64,000 bases of DNA from an uncultured Flavobacteriaceae bacterium (GTDB lineage: Bacteria > Bacteroidota > Bacteroidia > Flavobacteriales > Flavobacteriaceae). The position numbers and the translations under genes were made by a program. The notes beneath the pieces are model-generated. The model had not been told where the DNA came from. It made no database searches and worked only from the letters and a program-made list of their open reading frames with translations. The stretch is from assembly GCA_963799365.1 (NCBI GenBank), contig CAWCWV010000017.1, forward strand, positions 199,342 to 263,341. Direction: 5' to 3'. Positions 29,181-38,655 of the stretch are shown here, piece after piece (the first letter of the stretch is position 1; each line of letters starts with the position of its first letter).

Positions 29181-30840
29181 TGGTATTATTTATTAAGGTT
29201 CCATTATTCAACTGTATAATTTTTGTGCAATGTTTTCTCCACAATGGGTTTCGCGAGGACACCACAAGCGACCAGGGGTGACGAGTATCGATTAAATATT
29301 CAATAATCCGCTGTGCTTCTTGTTGCTCGAAATTCTCCAAGGGATCTTTAAGTAATAGCAGTTCTGGACTGTGCACAATGGCACGCGCAATTACAATCTT
29401 TTTCGCAATAGTATAGGGTATTTGCTGGCCTTCAGGATAGATCATTGTTTGAAGTCCGTTGGGCTGTTTTTTAATAAACTGTAAGAGTCCAATATTCTCC
29501 AAAACTTCGTGAACCCGATCTCTGGAAATTGAGGGATCTCCAAACGTTATATTTTCAAGCAAAGTCCCTTCAAATGGATGCTGTTCAGGTAGTACCTGCC
29601 CTACTTTTGCCCTGTATTTATTGGGCCAAACCCCCTGTATAGAAGTATTATTTATATATAATGAACCATGGGTTGGAAATTTTATACCGGACAATAGTTT
29701 CAACAGAGTAGATTTACCAGACCCTGAAGGGCCATCTAGTAATACACGCTCTTTGGCTAGTATTGAAAAACTAATATTTTTTAGAATACCTAGTTCATTG
29801 GGTGTGCTGTAATTCACCTGGTCCAATTCTACTTTTAAAGGTTGGCTGGTTTCGAACGGATCAATACCATCTTGAGGCTCCAGCTCTTTATCTACTACTT
29901 GTCCTATTTTTTCTAGGGATGTAAGCACGTCGTAAAAAGTTTCCAGACCGGTAATTAGTTTTTCTACTGAAGCAATCACTAAAAGTATAATGATTTCGGC
30001 AGCGACAAATTGACCAATATTCATTTGCTGATTTAGCACTAACAATCCACCAATAATTAATAATCCAGCAGTGACAAGAACCTTAAAGCCTACCATTTGG
30101 ATAAACTGTAATAACAGAACCCTAAAATGATTTTCCCGTGATTCTAAATATTTTGTAGTTAAAACATCGTTGCGTTGCATAGCAAGTGTGGTATTTCCTG
30201 ATAACTTAAAACTTAAAACAGACCTTGCTATCTCTTGAATCCAGTGTGCTACTCTGTATTTATTTTTAGATTCTTCCAGGCTGGTATGAAGTCCTTTTTT
30301 TGCAGTAAACCGAAAAACTATATAAATGAGTACTACCAGCAATATTCCATAGATTATGAAAAAGGGATGGTAGAAAGACAGCAATAACAAACCGAAGACG
30401 ATTTGTAAGATTGCCGCCGGAAAATCTATTAAAATTTTGGAAAGTCCTTTTTGCACAGTAAGCGTATCGAAAAATCTATTGGCCAATTCTGGCGGGTAAT
30501 ACTCTCTTAATTCACTACTTTTTATTTTGGGGAAGCGAAAAGCAAACTCAAAAGAAGAACGTGTAAATATCTTTTGTTGAATGTTTTCGAGAATTCTTAT
30601 TTGCATGAGTTGCAAAGTACCCTGAAATGCAACTCCAAGGGTTACCAATACCACTAAAACGATCCATGATGTAGAAATCTGTGCACCTTGAATAAGGTTG
30701 ATAATTGCTTGAATACCTAAGGGTAGCGATAAAGCAACGACCCCAGCAAATATGGCATAGTAAATAATTTGTCTGATATCTCGTTTGTCTAGCTGCAAAA
30801 GCCCTACAAAGCGTTGCCAAGGTGACATAGGTTTTTTCAT
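29173..30840 (-). CDS. ABC exporter (TMD-NBD half transporter) with a degenerate nucleotide-binding domain
   Basis: Six-TM exporter domain. Walker A (GPSGSGKST) and the Q-loop are intact. The signature motif reads IPYTIAKK, the Walker B region reads LLLLKDP, and the H-loop reads VSSRN. Confidence 0.75.
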   Translation of the reverse strand: MKKPMSPWQRFVGLLQLDKRDIRQIIYYAIFAGVVALSLPLGIQAIINLIQGAQISTSWIVLVVLVTLGVAFQGTLQLMQIRILENIQQKIFTRSSFEFAFRFPKIKSSELREYYPPELANRFFDTLTVQKGLSKILIDFPAAILQIVFGLLLLSFYHPFFIIYGILLVVLIYIVFRFTAKKGLHTSLEESKNKYRVAHWIQEIARSVLSFKLSGNTTLAMQRNDVLTTKYLESRENHFRVLLLQFIQMVGFKVLVTAGLLIIGGLLVLNQQMNIGQFVAAEIIILLVIASVEKLITGLETFYDVLTSLEKIGQVVDKELEPQDGIDPFETSQPLKVELDQVNYSTPNELGILKNISFSILAKERVLLDGPSGSGKSTLLKLLSGIKFPTHGSLYINNTSIQGVWPNKYRAKVGQVLPEQHPFEGTLLENITFGDPSISRDRVHEVLENIGLLQFIKKQPNGLQTMIYPEGQQIPYTIAKKIVIARAIVHSPELLLLKDPLENFEQQEAQRIIEYLIDTRHPWSLVVSSRNPLWRKHCTKIIQLNNGTLINNTNA

Positions 30841-31520
30841 TTCATAGTGATGTTAAGTGAACTGAAGACAAGATGCTTGCAAAAATTAGTTGGGGTAACA
30901 GTCGCGTTACAATCCGTAATGGAAGGAAAATGATCTTTTAAAAAATACTGATGTAGCGATCCTTCAACCACGGTACTAGCAAGTGATGCAGGAAAGGGAT
31001 ATGTTGGCTTTACAGCTAGAATGGCATCCTTAACTCTAGAAATAAGTCTTTTATAGGTAGTAAAATATCCCTCCTTATTTTCTTCATCTACATCCTTGGT
31101 TAAAAAAGATTTGGAATATTCGTTTATTACAATAGTATTCAATTTAACTTCATCAATATGGGAGAAATTGGAATCTGTTTCAATAGCCATTGTAATGATT
31201 TCGAGGATTCTTGCTAATTTTTCTTCAGGATTTGTGATACTGAACGTTTTTAGGACCAATTGATATTCTAACCAAGCCCAGTACCAAGAGGTTAAGTATA
31301 GCAAAAGTTTGTGCTTATTTTCGAAATAACGATATACCGAAGCCTCAGGTGATTTTATACGATCTCCTAATTTTTTAAAGGTAAAGGTCTCAAAACCGAT
31401 TTCATTGATAAGGATGATACTATTTTCTACGATACGCTTCCCTAAAGTAGAAGACTCAGGATCTTTCAGGTAAATTTTATCATTCACCTTTATTTGTAAA
31501 TTTTTCAACAATTCTTGCAT
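30837..31520 (-). CDS. TetR/AcrR-family transcriptional regulator
   Basis: N-terminal HTH (GFETFTFKKLGDRIKSPEASVYRYFENKHKLL). First gene of the exporter operon. Confidence 0.75.
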   Translation of the reverse strand: MQELLKNLQIKVNDKIYLKDPESSTLGKRIVENSIILINEIGFETFTFKKLGDRIKSPEASVYRYFENKHKLLLYLTSWYWAWLEYQLVLKTFSITNPEEKLARILEIITMAIETDSNFSHIDEVKLNTIVINEYSKSFLTKDVDEENKEGYFTTYKRLISRVKDAILAVKPTYPFPASLASTVVEGSLHQYFLKDHFPSITDCNATVTPTNFCKHLVFSSLNITMK

Positions 31521-31542
31521 CTCAAAATATTTGAAGCAAACA

Positions 31543-31581
31543 TAATAGTATTACTATTAATTACAAATAGTTTAACTATTT
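31543..31581. promoter_or_regulatory. two perfect palindromes; candidate TetR operators
   Basis: TAATAGTATTACTATTA at 31543-31559 and AAATAGTTTAACTATTT at 31565-31581. They share the core ATAGT-N3-ACTAT and their centres are 22 bp apart. They sit in the divergent intergenic region upstream of tetR. Confidence 0.5.
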
Positions 31582-31636
31582 ATTATGAAAGTAAAACAAT
31601 TAAAATAATACTTTTATACATGAAATACAAGTTGCT

Positions 31637-31951
31637 ATGATGACATTACAAATAGTATCCAAGCAAAAAGAATTGCTAGATGAAATAGGCATATTTTTAT
31701 TGAATGAGCAATTAATTGCTAATGCTATGACTTCAGAAAGAATACGCTATAAAGAGATGAACAGTGGAAGCATAGAAGAAACAGAGCGGTTTCTTCTGAA
31801 ATGTATTACAAAGTCCTTACTATTCAGCACCATCAATGAAAAACTTCGCAAACGGTATAAAGAAAGGACACCACTTATTTATTCCGAACCCATTATACTA
31901 ATAGATCCCTTACAAACTGAAGAGATTATTGCCAGATTGGTCAAGGTTTAA
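31637..31951 (+). CDS. hypothetical protein
   Basis: 104-aa ORF followed by a strong terminator. Only a weak resemblance to a CutA-like fold, so not assigned. Confidence 0.4.
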   Translation: MMTLQIVSKQKELLDEIGIFLLNEQLIANAMTSERIRYKEMNSGSIEETERFLLKCITKSLLFSTINEKLRKRYKERTPLIYSEPIILIDPLQTEEIIARLVKV

Positions 31952-31980
31952 TCTTTAAGTAGTAATTAACTATTTTGCAC

Positions 31981-32011
31981 AAAAAAACCCACCTCGAAAG
32001 AGGTGGGTTTT
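31981..32011. terminator. bidirectional rho-independent terminator
   Basis: AAAAAAA-CCCACCTC-gaaa-GAGGTGGG-TTTTG, located between convergent genes. Confidence 0.8.
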
Positions 32012-32030
32012 GTAATTTTCTAACTGGTAA

Positions 32031-32222
32031 TTAAACCAACTGAACGCGTACTGCTGTTAAGCCTTTACGCCCCATTTCTTCTTCGTATTGCACGGTGTCA
32101 TCTTCTCTAATCTCATCGATTAGGTTCGTTGTGTGTACAAATACATCGTCTCCACCATCTGCTGGCTTAATAAATCCAAATCCTTTTGAATTGTTAAAGA
32201 ATTTTACTGTTCCTTCTTTCAT
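32031..32222 (-). CDS. cspA: cold-shock protein (CspA family)
   Basis: GTVKFFNNSKGFGFI (RNP1) and VFVH (RNP2). 63 aa. There is a long upstream non-coding region. Confidence 0.9.
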   Translation of the reverse strand: MKEGTVKFFNNSKGFGFIKPADGGDDVFVHTTNLIDEIREDDTVQYEEEMGRKGLTAVRVQLV

Positions 32223-32572
32223 TTTGGTACTCTTTTAAAATTAATTGTTACTAAATTCCTATTTCAAAATTGAAATAAAAATCGCAATGTACTTTGCTGA
32301 AATAGTCAGGCAAAAATCATACATCACTAACTTTACAAAGCAATAATCATAATATATGATTGTTACTTCTAATGCTTTGGAAAAAAAAGATAAGGAATGG
32401 ATTAATTACTCTTGAAGGGTACTATATAATACAAGCGAACTCACTTTTTAACAATGCAAACATACATGAATTAAATGATTTAATCTTGTGTTTGGCTTTT
32501 TATTGGGAAAATGTCCTAGAGAAACCAATTTGAAATGAGCGTAGTTCCATTTAATCTTTATCAAACAATCAA

Positions 32573-32950
32573 TTAAGCAGTTGCATGTAATGTAGGATTG
32601 TCTTCGGCTTTGTTATAGTGAAATAACAAGGTTTTATAATAACGGTTTTGCATTTTACCATTTTCAAGACACCCTTTTAGGGTTTCTTCTAAGTCGCTGT
32701 AGGAGACTTTTGTAGCAACAGCTTCATTAATATCATAAATTTTATAATCTTGTGGTGTTCTTGGTTTTGAATTCCAAAGAAGGATAGTTTCTTTATCAAA
32801 ATCTATAGTAACATCTATTGCTCCAAAATAGAATTTTAAAAGCGATTTCTGAAAACTGTAATAGTCCTTGCTTAAATTTTCTGTAAACTGACAACTATTT
32901 TCGATGAGTTTTCTCATTTCTTCCTGTATGACCTGCTCTTGATTTTCCAT
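32573..32950 (-). CDS. hypothetical protein
   Basis: 125-aa ORF with no recognised family. Confidence 0.35.
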   Translation of the reverse strand: MENQEQVIQEEMRKLIENSCQFTENLSKDYYSFQKSLLKFYFGAIDVTIDFDKETILLWNSKPRTPQDYKIYDINEAVATKVSYSDLEETLKGCLENGKMQNRYYKTLLFHYNKAEDNPTLHATA

Positions 32951-33071
32951 AGGATAAAAATTTTAATCTGGACTAAAATATAAATCACTATGTGAAAATT
33001 TCGTTAATTGAAGATGCTTTGGCTTCAATTTAACTCTAACAAAATCAATGTGTTAAGGAAATTAAGAAGAT

Positions 33072-33467
33072 TTAATTGTCGGTTTCTAGCCCATCCTCTT
33101 CCCAGGCTGTGATACCACCTTTTAAATCATAAATTTTGGTAAAGCCTAAATCGGCAAGTATTTTCGCCGCTCTGGCACTTCTTCCTCCAGATTTACAATA
33201 CACATATACTGGTTCATCTTTGTCCAAGGTTTTTACCTTTTCTTGGAAATCGTCTTCAGTTACACAAATATTTTGAGCGTCTTTTAAATGTGAGACTCCA
33301 TATTCGTCTGCGGTTCTTACATCTACTAGTTGTAGTGAAGAATTATTTTTATTGTAAACAGCATCATATACTTCTTGTGGACTCACCGTCTCAATATCCT
33401 TGCTAGGTTGAGAACAAGAAGTAAGTGATAAAATTGCGAATGAAAATAGAATTAGGATTTGTTTCAT
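33072..33467 (-). CDS. rhodanese-like domain lipoprotein
   Basis: Lipobox (LSLTSC). Active-site loop CKSGGRS. Confidence 0.75.
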   Translation of the reverse strand: MKQILILFSFAILSLTSCSQPSKDIETVSPQEVYDAVYNKNNSSLQLVDVRTADEYGVSHLKDAQNICVTEDDFQEKVKTLDKDEPVYVYCKSGGRSARAAKILADLGFTKIYDLKGGITAWEEDGLETDN

Positions 33468-33781
33468 TATAAATTAGTTTTATCACCGGTCCATTCGCTA
33501 AATCCTCCCAATAAGTTGTAGGTTTTTTCAAAACCCATGGATTCTAAAATCATACATGCTTGTGCGCTCCTTCCCCCTGAACGGCAATAAATATAGTAAT
33601 TTTTAGATTTATCCAACTCTTGGGCACCCGCCATAAAAGAAGGGGCGTTCTGGATATCAAGGTGTTGCGAATTCGGAATTATACCTTCGTCAACTTCATG
33701 TGGGGTGCGAACGTCTAAAATAACGCCAGTTGCATCTTCAAGCACTTTTTTGTGCCACTCTTCTTGTGTTAGGTCTTGCAT
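33467..33781 (-). CDS. rhodanese-like domain protein
   Basis: Active-site loop CRSGGRS. 104 aa. ATGA overlap with the next gene. Confidence 0.75.
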   Translation of the reverse strand: MQDLTQEEWHKKVLEDATGVILDVRTPHEVDEGIIPNSQHLDIQNAPSFMAGAQELDKSKNYYIYCRSGGRSAQACMILESMGFEKTYNLLGGFSEWTGDKTNL

Positions 33782-33863
33782 TCTAAATAAAATTTAAGCA
33801 AAAATAAAAAATCCGCGACAGATATATACCGTAGCGGATTGTTTTGTTACAAAATCTTATACA

Positions 33864-34574
33864 CTATGCCTTCTTCTGCTTCACAGAACAACCTATTGCC
33901 TTGGTTTCTTTTACCGAAACTTCCTTCCCAGCCAATAATTCATCTATAGCTTTAGCTAAAAATTGATCTTTAACGGCATCGCCATCACGCACATTGTCAT
34001 CAATGGCTCCAATATATTTAACCACATTGCCTCTGTCTTCCTTTTTCAATAAATAAACGTGAGGGGTTTTGGTGGCTCCGTAGGATGCATATATTGAGTT
34101 TGAAGCGTCATACAAATAAGGAAATGAGAAATTTGCTTCCTTTGCTTTTTTCTGCATCAACTCATACGTATCATCGGGTTGTACCTCTGGATCGTTAGGA
34201 TTAACGGCGATTACAGGGTAGCCCTTTGCTTTGTACTTTTTATCGAGTGCCACCATTCGTTCTTCACTGGCCACGGCAAATGGGCAAGTGTTGCAGGTGA
34301 AAATGACAACAAATCCTTTGGCATCTTTATAATCACTAAGTGATACCATTTTTCCGTTTACATCTTTTAATTTAAAGTCTGTGGCTACATCGCCTATGCC
34401 ATACCCTTTAGTTGCGATGAGTTCTTCTTTGTCTGCCATTGCCACTTCCTTAGTTGTTATAGACGCAACTTGAGTAGTTACTTCTTTTTCTTTAGTTTCC
34501 TGGCAGGCTACAAAAAGAGTTGTAATTGCTACAACTGCTGCTAATTTTAAAAATTTTGTTTTCATGTTGTTCAT
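33864..34574 (-). CDS. thioredoxin-fold (redoxin/AhpC-TSA-like) lipoprotein
   Basis: Signal peptide with Cys. FTCNTCPF CxxC-type motif and TKTPHVYLL. Confidence 0.6.
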   Translation of the reverse strand: MNNMKTKFLKLAAVVAITTLFVACQETKEKEVTTQVASITTKEVAMADKEELIATKGYGIGDVATDFKLKDVNGKMVSLSDYKDAKGFVVIFTCNTCPFAVASEERMVALDKKYKAKGYPVIAVNPNDPEVQPDDTYELMQKKAKEANFSFPYLYDASNSIYASYGATKTPHVYLLKKEDRGNVVKYIGAIDDNVRDGDAVKDQFLAKAIDELLAGKEVSVKETKAIGCSVKQKKA

Positions 34575-35146
34575 TATAAAATTGTTTTTAATTCGGTTTC
34601 TAATTCAGCGTATGTAAATGATTTTTCATAAAATTTTTGTGTGGAGCCCTTAATAAATAGGGTTGCTGGAATAGCCCCACTCCATTGGTCACTTACTTTT
34701 GGAATCCATGTATTGGCATCCGGATCGTCCAAAAGTAATATTTCACTTTGCAAATTATGTTTTTCTATGAAGGGTAGTACCTGTTTTTCTATCTGCTTCG
34801 GAAAATCCAGACTCACCAAAACTACTTTTACATTTTTATCTCTATAGTTTTTATGAAGTGCTTCAAAATAAGGTAGTTCACTTATACAAGGCTTGCACCA
34901 TGTGGCCCAAAAGTTAATTACATAAGCTGTTTCAGGAGAGGGTTGCTGAAGGTATCTCGCTTCAAATTCATTAAAATCTACTAATTCTAATTCTTCATAA
35001 GAAGTGGTTTCAGTTTCAACAGAAGTATTGGTAGTGGTTTTAGTGATGGTTTTAACTATCGCATTAGCATCCAATTGTTCGTTTTGGGTATTGTTTCCGC
35101 AGGATACCAATAAAATCCCTAATAGTACACTCAGTATTAGTTTCAT
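34574..35146 (-). CDS. TlpA-like thiol-disulfide oxidoreductase lipoprotein
   Basis: Lipobox (LLVSC). NFWATWCKPC active site. Confidence 0.75.
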   Translation of the reverse strand: MKLILSVLLGILLVSCGNNTQNEQLDANAIVKTITKTTTNTSVETETTSYEELELVDFNEFEARYLQQPSPETAYVINFWATWCKPCISELPYFEALHKNYRDKNVKVVLVSLDFPKQIEKQVLPFIEKHNLQSEILLLDDPDANTWIPKVSDQWSGAIPATLFIKGSTQKFYEKSFTYAELETELKTIL

Positions 35147-35235
35147 AAGATAAAAATATACATTAGAATGATTGCCATTAATGAAATGCTGTTAAATTAA
35201 TGGTAAAAAGTATATTGGTCTAAAATTTATATTAC

Positions 35236-35251
35236 ATTTGTATATACAAAT
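35236..35251. promoter_or_regulatory. 16-bp perfect palindrome ATTTGTATATACAAAT; candidate MarR operator
   Basis: Located 16 nt upstream of the marR start codon. Confidence 0.4.
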
Positions 35252-35266
35252 ATTGTTATTACAAGT

Positions 35267-35719
35267 ATGAAAATTGAAGAGGCTATTAAATCTATTCACA
35301 GCATGGGTCTTACTACTAAGACTGTGATTAATATTATGTTTACGAGCCGCATGATTGAAGAAAATATTCAGGCAGTTTTAAAGGAGTTCGAGCTTTCCAT
35401 GCCACAATACAATGTCTTGCGCATTTTAAGGGGCCAACGCGGGAATCCTGCCAATCTTTCTACACTTCAAGAACGAATGATAGACAAAAGCAGCAATACT
35501 ACCCGTTTGGTAGATAAATTAATTAAAAAAGGTTGGGCTAAACGCCAAATATGCGCCAATAATCGAAGAAAAATTGAAATATTTATAACTGATGATGGTC
35601 TTACCCTTTTAAAAACCTTAGATCCATTAATTGAACAAAACAATGAAAACATAGTGAGCGCTGTTACTGAAACCGAATTAGAAACCTTAAACAATTTATT
35701 AGATAAATTTAGATCCTAA
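35267..35719 (+). CDS. MarR-family transcriptional regulator
   Basis: Winged-HTH pattern (SMPQYNVLRILRG...STLQERMIDKSSNTTRLVDKLIKKGW). Confidence 0.75.
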   Translation: MKIEEAIKSIHSMGLTTKTVINIMFTSRMIEENIQAVLKEFELSMPQYNVLRILRGQRGNPANLSTLQERMIDKSSNTTRLVDKLIKKGWAKRQICANNRRKIEIFITDDGLTLLKTLDPLIEQNNENIVSAVTETELETLNNLLDKFRS

Positions 35720-35738
35720 ACTTTAAAAAACAAAAATC

Positions 35739-36308
35739 ATGAAAACATTTAAATCTTTATTATTAATCGCTGTGGTTATAACAGCTTCAGCATTTACAAA
35801 TCCTATGAACATGAAAAAGAAAATAGACATTAAAGAAAGCCAGATTGAATGGAAAGGCAAGAAAATTCTTGGCTCACACACAGGTACCATACAATTAAAA
35901 GATGGATTTCTAGAAATGGAAGGCGAAAATCTGGTAGGCGGAATGTTTACCGTGGATATGACGAGCATTAATGTAACAGACCTAAAAGGAGAAGACAAAG
36001 CAAAATTGGAAGGACACCTTAAAAGTGCCGATTTCTTTGGAATTGAAAATCATCCAACTTCAGTACTTGTAATTAACAGCGCTACCAAAAATGGCAATAC
36101 GTATAATGTAAAAGCCAACATCACCATAAAAGGACATACAGAGGCAGTAGCATTCGACCTAGAGATGGGAGAAAGCGCTGCACAAGCAAGTTTTAAAATA
36201 GACCGCACCAAATTCGACATTCGTTATGGTTCAGGAAGTTTTACAGACAACTTAGGTGACAACGCTATTAGCGATAATTTCACGCTAGACGTTTTGCTGA
36301 AATTTTAA
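35739..36308 (+). CDS. YceI-family periplasmic protein
   Basis: Signal peptide. WKGKKILGSHTGTI...GGMFTVDMTSI...LEGHLKSADFF is a YceI-like pattern. Confidence 0.7.
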   Translation: MKTFKSLLLIAVVITASAFTNPMNMKKKIDIKESQIEWKGKKILGSHTGTIQLKDGFLEMEGENLVGGMFTVDMTSINVTDLKGEDKAKLEGHLKSADFFGIENHPTSVLVINSATKNGNTYNVKANITIKGHTEAVAFDLEMGESAAQASFKIDRTKFDIRYGSGSFTDNLGDNAISDNFTLDVLLKF

Positions 36309-36358
36309 GAATTTGTTGTTTGTAATTTAATATTTCATCTCTATATTTGGAACTTCAA

Positions 36359-36415
36359 ATGAAAAACACAAATACACATTCTTGGTGGTGGACTAACCTA
36401 CGTAAAACAACGTGA
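36359..36415 (+). CDS. trpL: trp operon leader peptide MKNTNTHSWWWTNLRKTT
   Basis: 18-codon ORF with three consecutive TGG codons (36383-36391). It ends 27 nt before an intrinsic terminator that precedes trpE. Confidence 0.7.
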   Translation: MKNTNTHSWWWTNLRKTT

Positions 36416-36442
36416 GCTACCCCCGTATGTAACAATCATATA

Positions 36443-36473
36443 AAGGCTTATCTTCACGATAAGCCTTTTTTTA
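36443..36473 (+). terminator. attenuator terminator of the trp leader
   Basis: 10-bp perfect stem AAGGCTTATC / GATAAGCCTT (36443-52 and 36458-67), loop ttcac, followed by a T7 run. Confidence 0.75.
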
Positions 36474-36532
36474 TTCCCGCTCTTCGACTCCGTTCAGGGT
36501 GAGTGAAATATTAAACAAAGATTTTCGCTGAG

Positions 36533-37951
36533 ATGAAAATGACAAAAATGAAGTATACTTTAACAACCCATTCAAAAAAATTATTGGCAGATACCCTCAC
36601 TCCCGTTTCTGTTTACCTGCGGCTGCGAGATAAATTCCCAAATAGCTTGTTATTGGAAAGTAGCGACTATCATGCCAACGACAATAGCTTCAGTTACATA
36701 TGTTGCAACCCAATCGCATTTTTTAAAGTTGAAAATGAAGTGATCACCACACAATTTCCAAAGGGTTCTTTTACAAGCAGTAGCACAAAAGAAAATAGTG
36801 TTGTTAAGGCTTTAGAGACATTTTCAAATGCCTTTGAATCTAAATCTGATACAAAATACAAATTCATCAACAACGGAATTTTTGGATTTACTGCATATGA
36901 TGCAGTGCGTTATTTTGAGGCTATTGAAATAAACAAATCTAAAGCATCGCTCAACATTCCAGATATATACTATGCAGTCTACCAAAATATCATTGCGATA
37001 AATCATTTCAATAATGAGGCATATATCTTTTCACACAATTATGAATCTGAAAATAATATTTCAGAAATAGAACAACTTCTTAAGTCGAAGGATTTTGCAG
37101 AATATCCTTTTTATCGAAATGGAAAACCCACAACCAATCTTGAAGATTCGGCCTTCAAAGATTTGGTCTTAAAGTGCAAACAACATTGCGCCCGTGGCGA
37201 TGTGTTCCAAATTGTTCCCAGTAAACGCTTTACACAAGGTTTTACTGGAGACGAATTTAATGTATACCGAGCCTTACGAAGTATAAACCCATCACCGTAT
37301 TTATTCTATTTCGACTACGGAAATTTTAAAATATTTGGAAGCTCACCTGAAGCACAGTTGGTTGTTAAAGAGGGAATTGCAGAAATCCATCCCATCGCAG
37401 GAACTTTTAAGAGAACTGGGAACGATGAACAAGATGCCATCCTTGCCAAACAATTATCTGAAGATGACAAAGAAAATAGCGAACACGTTATGTTGGTAGA
37501 TTTAGCCAGAAATGATCTAAGTCGCCACGGTAGTGGTGTAAAAGTAGAGACGTATAGAGAGGTTCAGTTTTTTAGCCATGTAATTCATTTAGTGAGCAAA
37601 GTGACCGCAAAGATTCATAAGGGCACAAGTACAATGCAAATTGTTGCAGACACTTTTCCAGCAGGGACTCTAAGTGGCGCCCCGAAACACAAGGCAATGC
37701 AATTGTTGGAGAAATACGAAAACACCAACCGTGAGTTTTACGGAGGTGCCATTGGTTTTATGGACTTTAAAGGGAATTATAACCACGCAATTATTATTCG
37801 ATCGTTTGTAAGTAAAAATCATACATTAAATTACCAGGCAGGCGCTGGTATTGTGTCAGAAAGCGATCCAGAAAGTGAACTTCAGGAAGTGTACAATAAA
37901 TTAGGAGCCCTAACAAAAGCCTTAGAACTAGCTGAAGAAATAACCACCTAA
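36533..37951 (+). CDS. trpE: anthranilate synthase component I
   Basis: LLESS, AGTFKRTG, and the C-terminal GGAIGF...IRS and AGAGIVSES motifs. Confidence 0.9.
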   Translation: MKMTKMKYTLTTHSKKLLADTLTPVSVYLRLRDKFPNSLLLESSDYHANDNSFSYICCNPIAFFKVENEVITTQFPKGSFTSSSTKENSVVKALETFSNAFESKSDTKYKFINNGIFGFTAYDAVRYFEAIEINKSKASLNIPDIYYAVYQNIIAINHFNNEAYIFSHNYESENNISEIEQLLKSKDFAEYPFYRNGKPTTNLEDSAFKDLVLKCKQHCARGDVFQIVPSKRFTQGFTGDEFNVYRALRSINPSPYLFYFDYGNFKIFGSSPEAQLVVKEGIAEIHPIAGTFKRTGNDEQDAILAKQLSEDDKENSEHVMLVDLARNDLSRHGSGVKVETYREVQFFSHVIHLVSKVTAKIHKGTSTMQIVADTFPAGTLSGAPKHKAMQLLEKYENTNREFYGGAIGFMDFKGNYNHAIIIRSFVSKNHTLNYQAGAGIVSESDPESELQEVYNKLGALTKALELAEEITT

Positions 37952-38033
37952 TGCCCTAAAAGGGAATTATGGAGTTTACATAAATTAAAAACATTAAAAA
38001 ACTTCTCCCCCTTGGGGAGATTGACAGGGGATT

Positions 38034-38600
38034 ATGAAAATATTAGTAATAGACAACTACGATAGCTTTGTGTATAATCTGGTTCACTATCTGGAAGAAT
38101 TAGATTGCGAGGTTATTGTTTTACGTAACGATCAATTTCATCTTGACGAAATAACTACCTACGATAAAATCCTGCTTTCGCCAGGGCCTGGTATTCCAGA
38201 GGAAGCTGGTTTGCTTAAAGATGTCATTAAAATGTATGCAGGAAAAAAACCAATCTTCGGTGTTTGTTTGGGACAGCAAGCCATTGGAGAAGTTTTTGGA
38301 GGTTCTCTTATTAATTTAAGCGCAGTATTTCACGGTGTAGCCACCAAGGCTAAAATTTTAGTAAACGATGAACCATTATTCAAAGATTTAGAGAACGAGA
38401 TAGAAATTGGCCGCTACCATTCGTGGGTAGTCTCCAGAGAAGATTTTCCTGATTGTCTGGAAATTACCTCTATAGATGAAAACGGACAAATCATGTCCTT
38501 ACGTCACCGAGAATTAGACATAAGAGGGGTGCAATTTCATCCCGAAAGTGTCCTAACACCAAAAGGAAAACAAATTATAAAAAACTGGGTAGAAAGCTAG
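38034..38600 (+). CDS. trpG: anthranilate synthase component II (glutamine amidotransferase)
   Basis: ILVIDNYDSFVYNL, GVCLGQQAIG (catalytic Cys) and VQFHPES motifs. Confidence 0.9.
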   Translation: MKILVIDNYDSFVYNLVHYLEELDCEVIVLRNDQFHLDEITTYDKILLSPGPGIPEEAGLLKDVIKMYAGKKPIFGVCLGQQAIGEVFGGSLINLSAVFHGVATKAKILVNDEPLFKDLENEIEIGRYHSWVVSREDFPDCLEITSIDENGQIMSLRHRELDIRGVQFHPESVLTPKGKQIIKNWVES

Positions 38601-38655
38601 TTTGCCGCAATAATAAAAAAAATAAGTAGACTCAAATACATCTAAACTTTTATCA

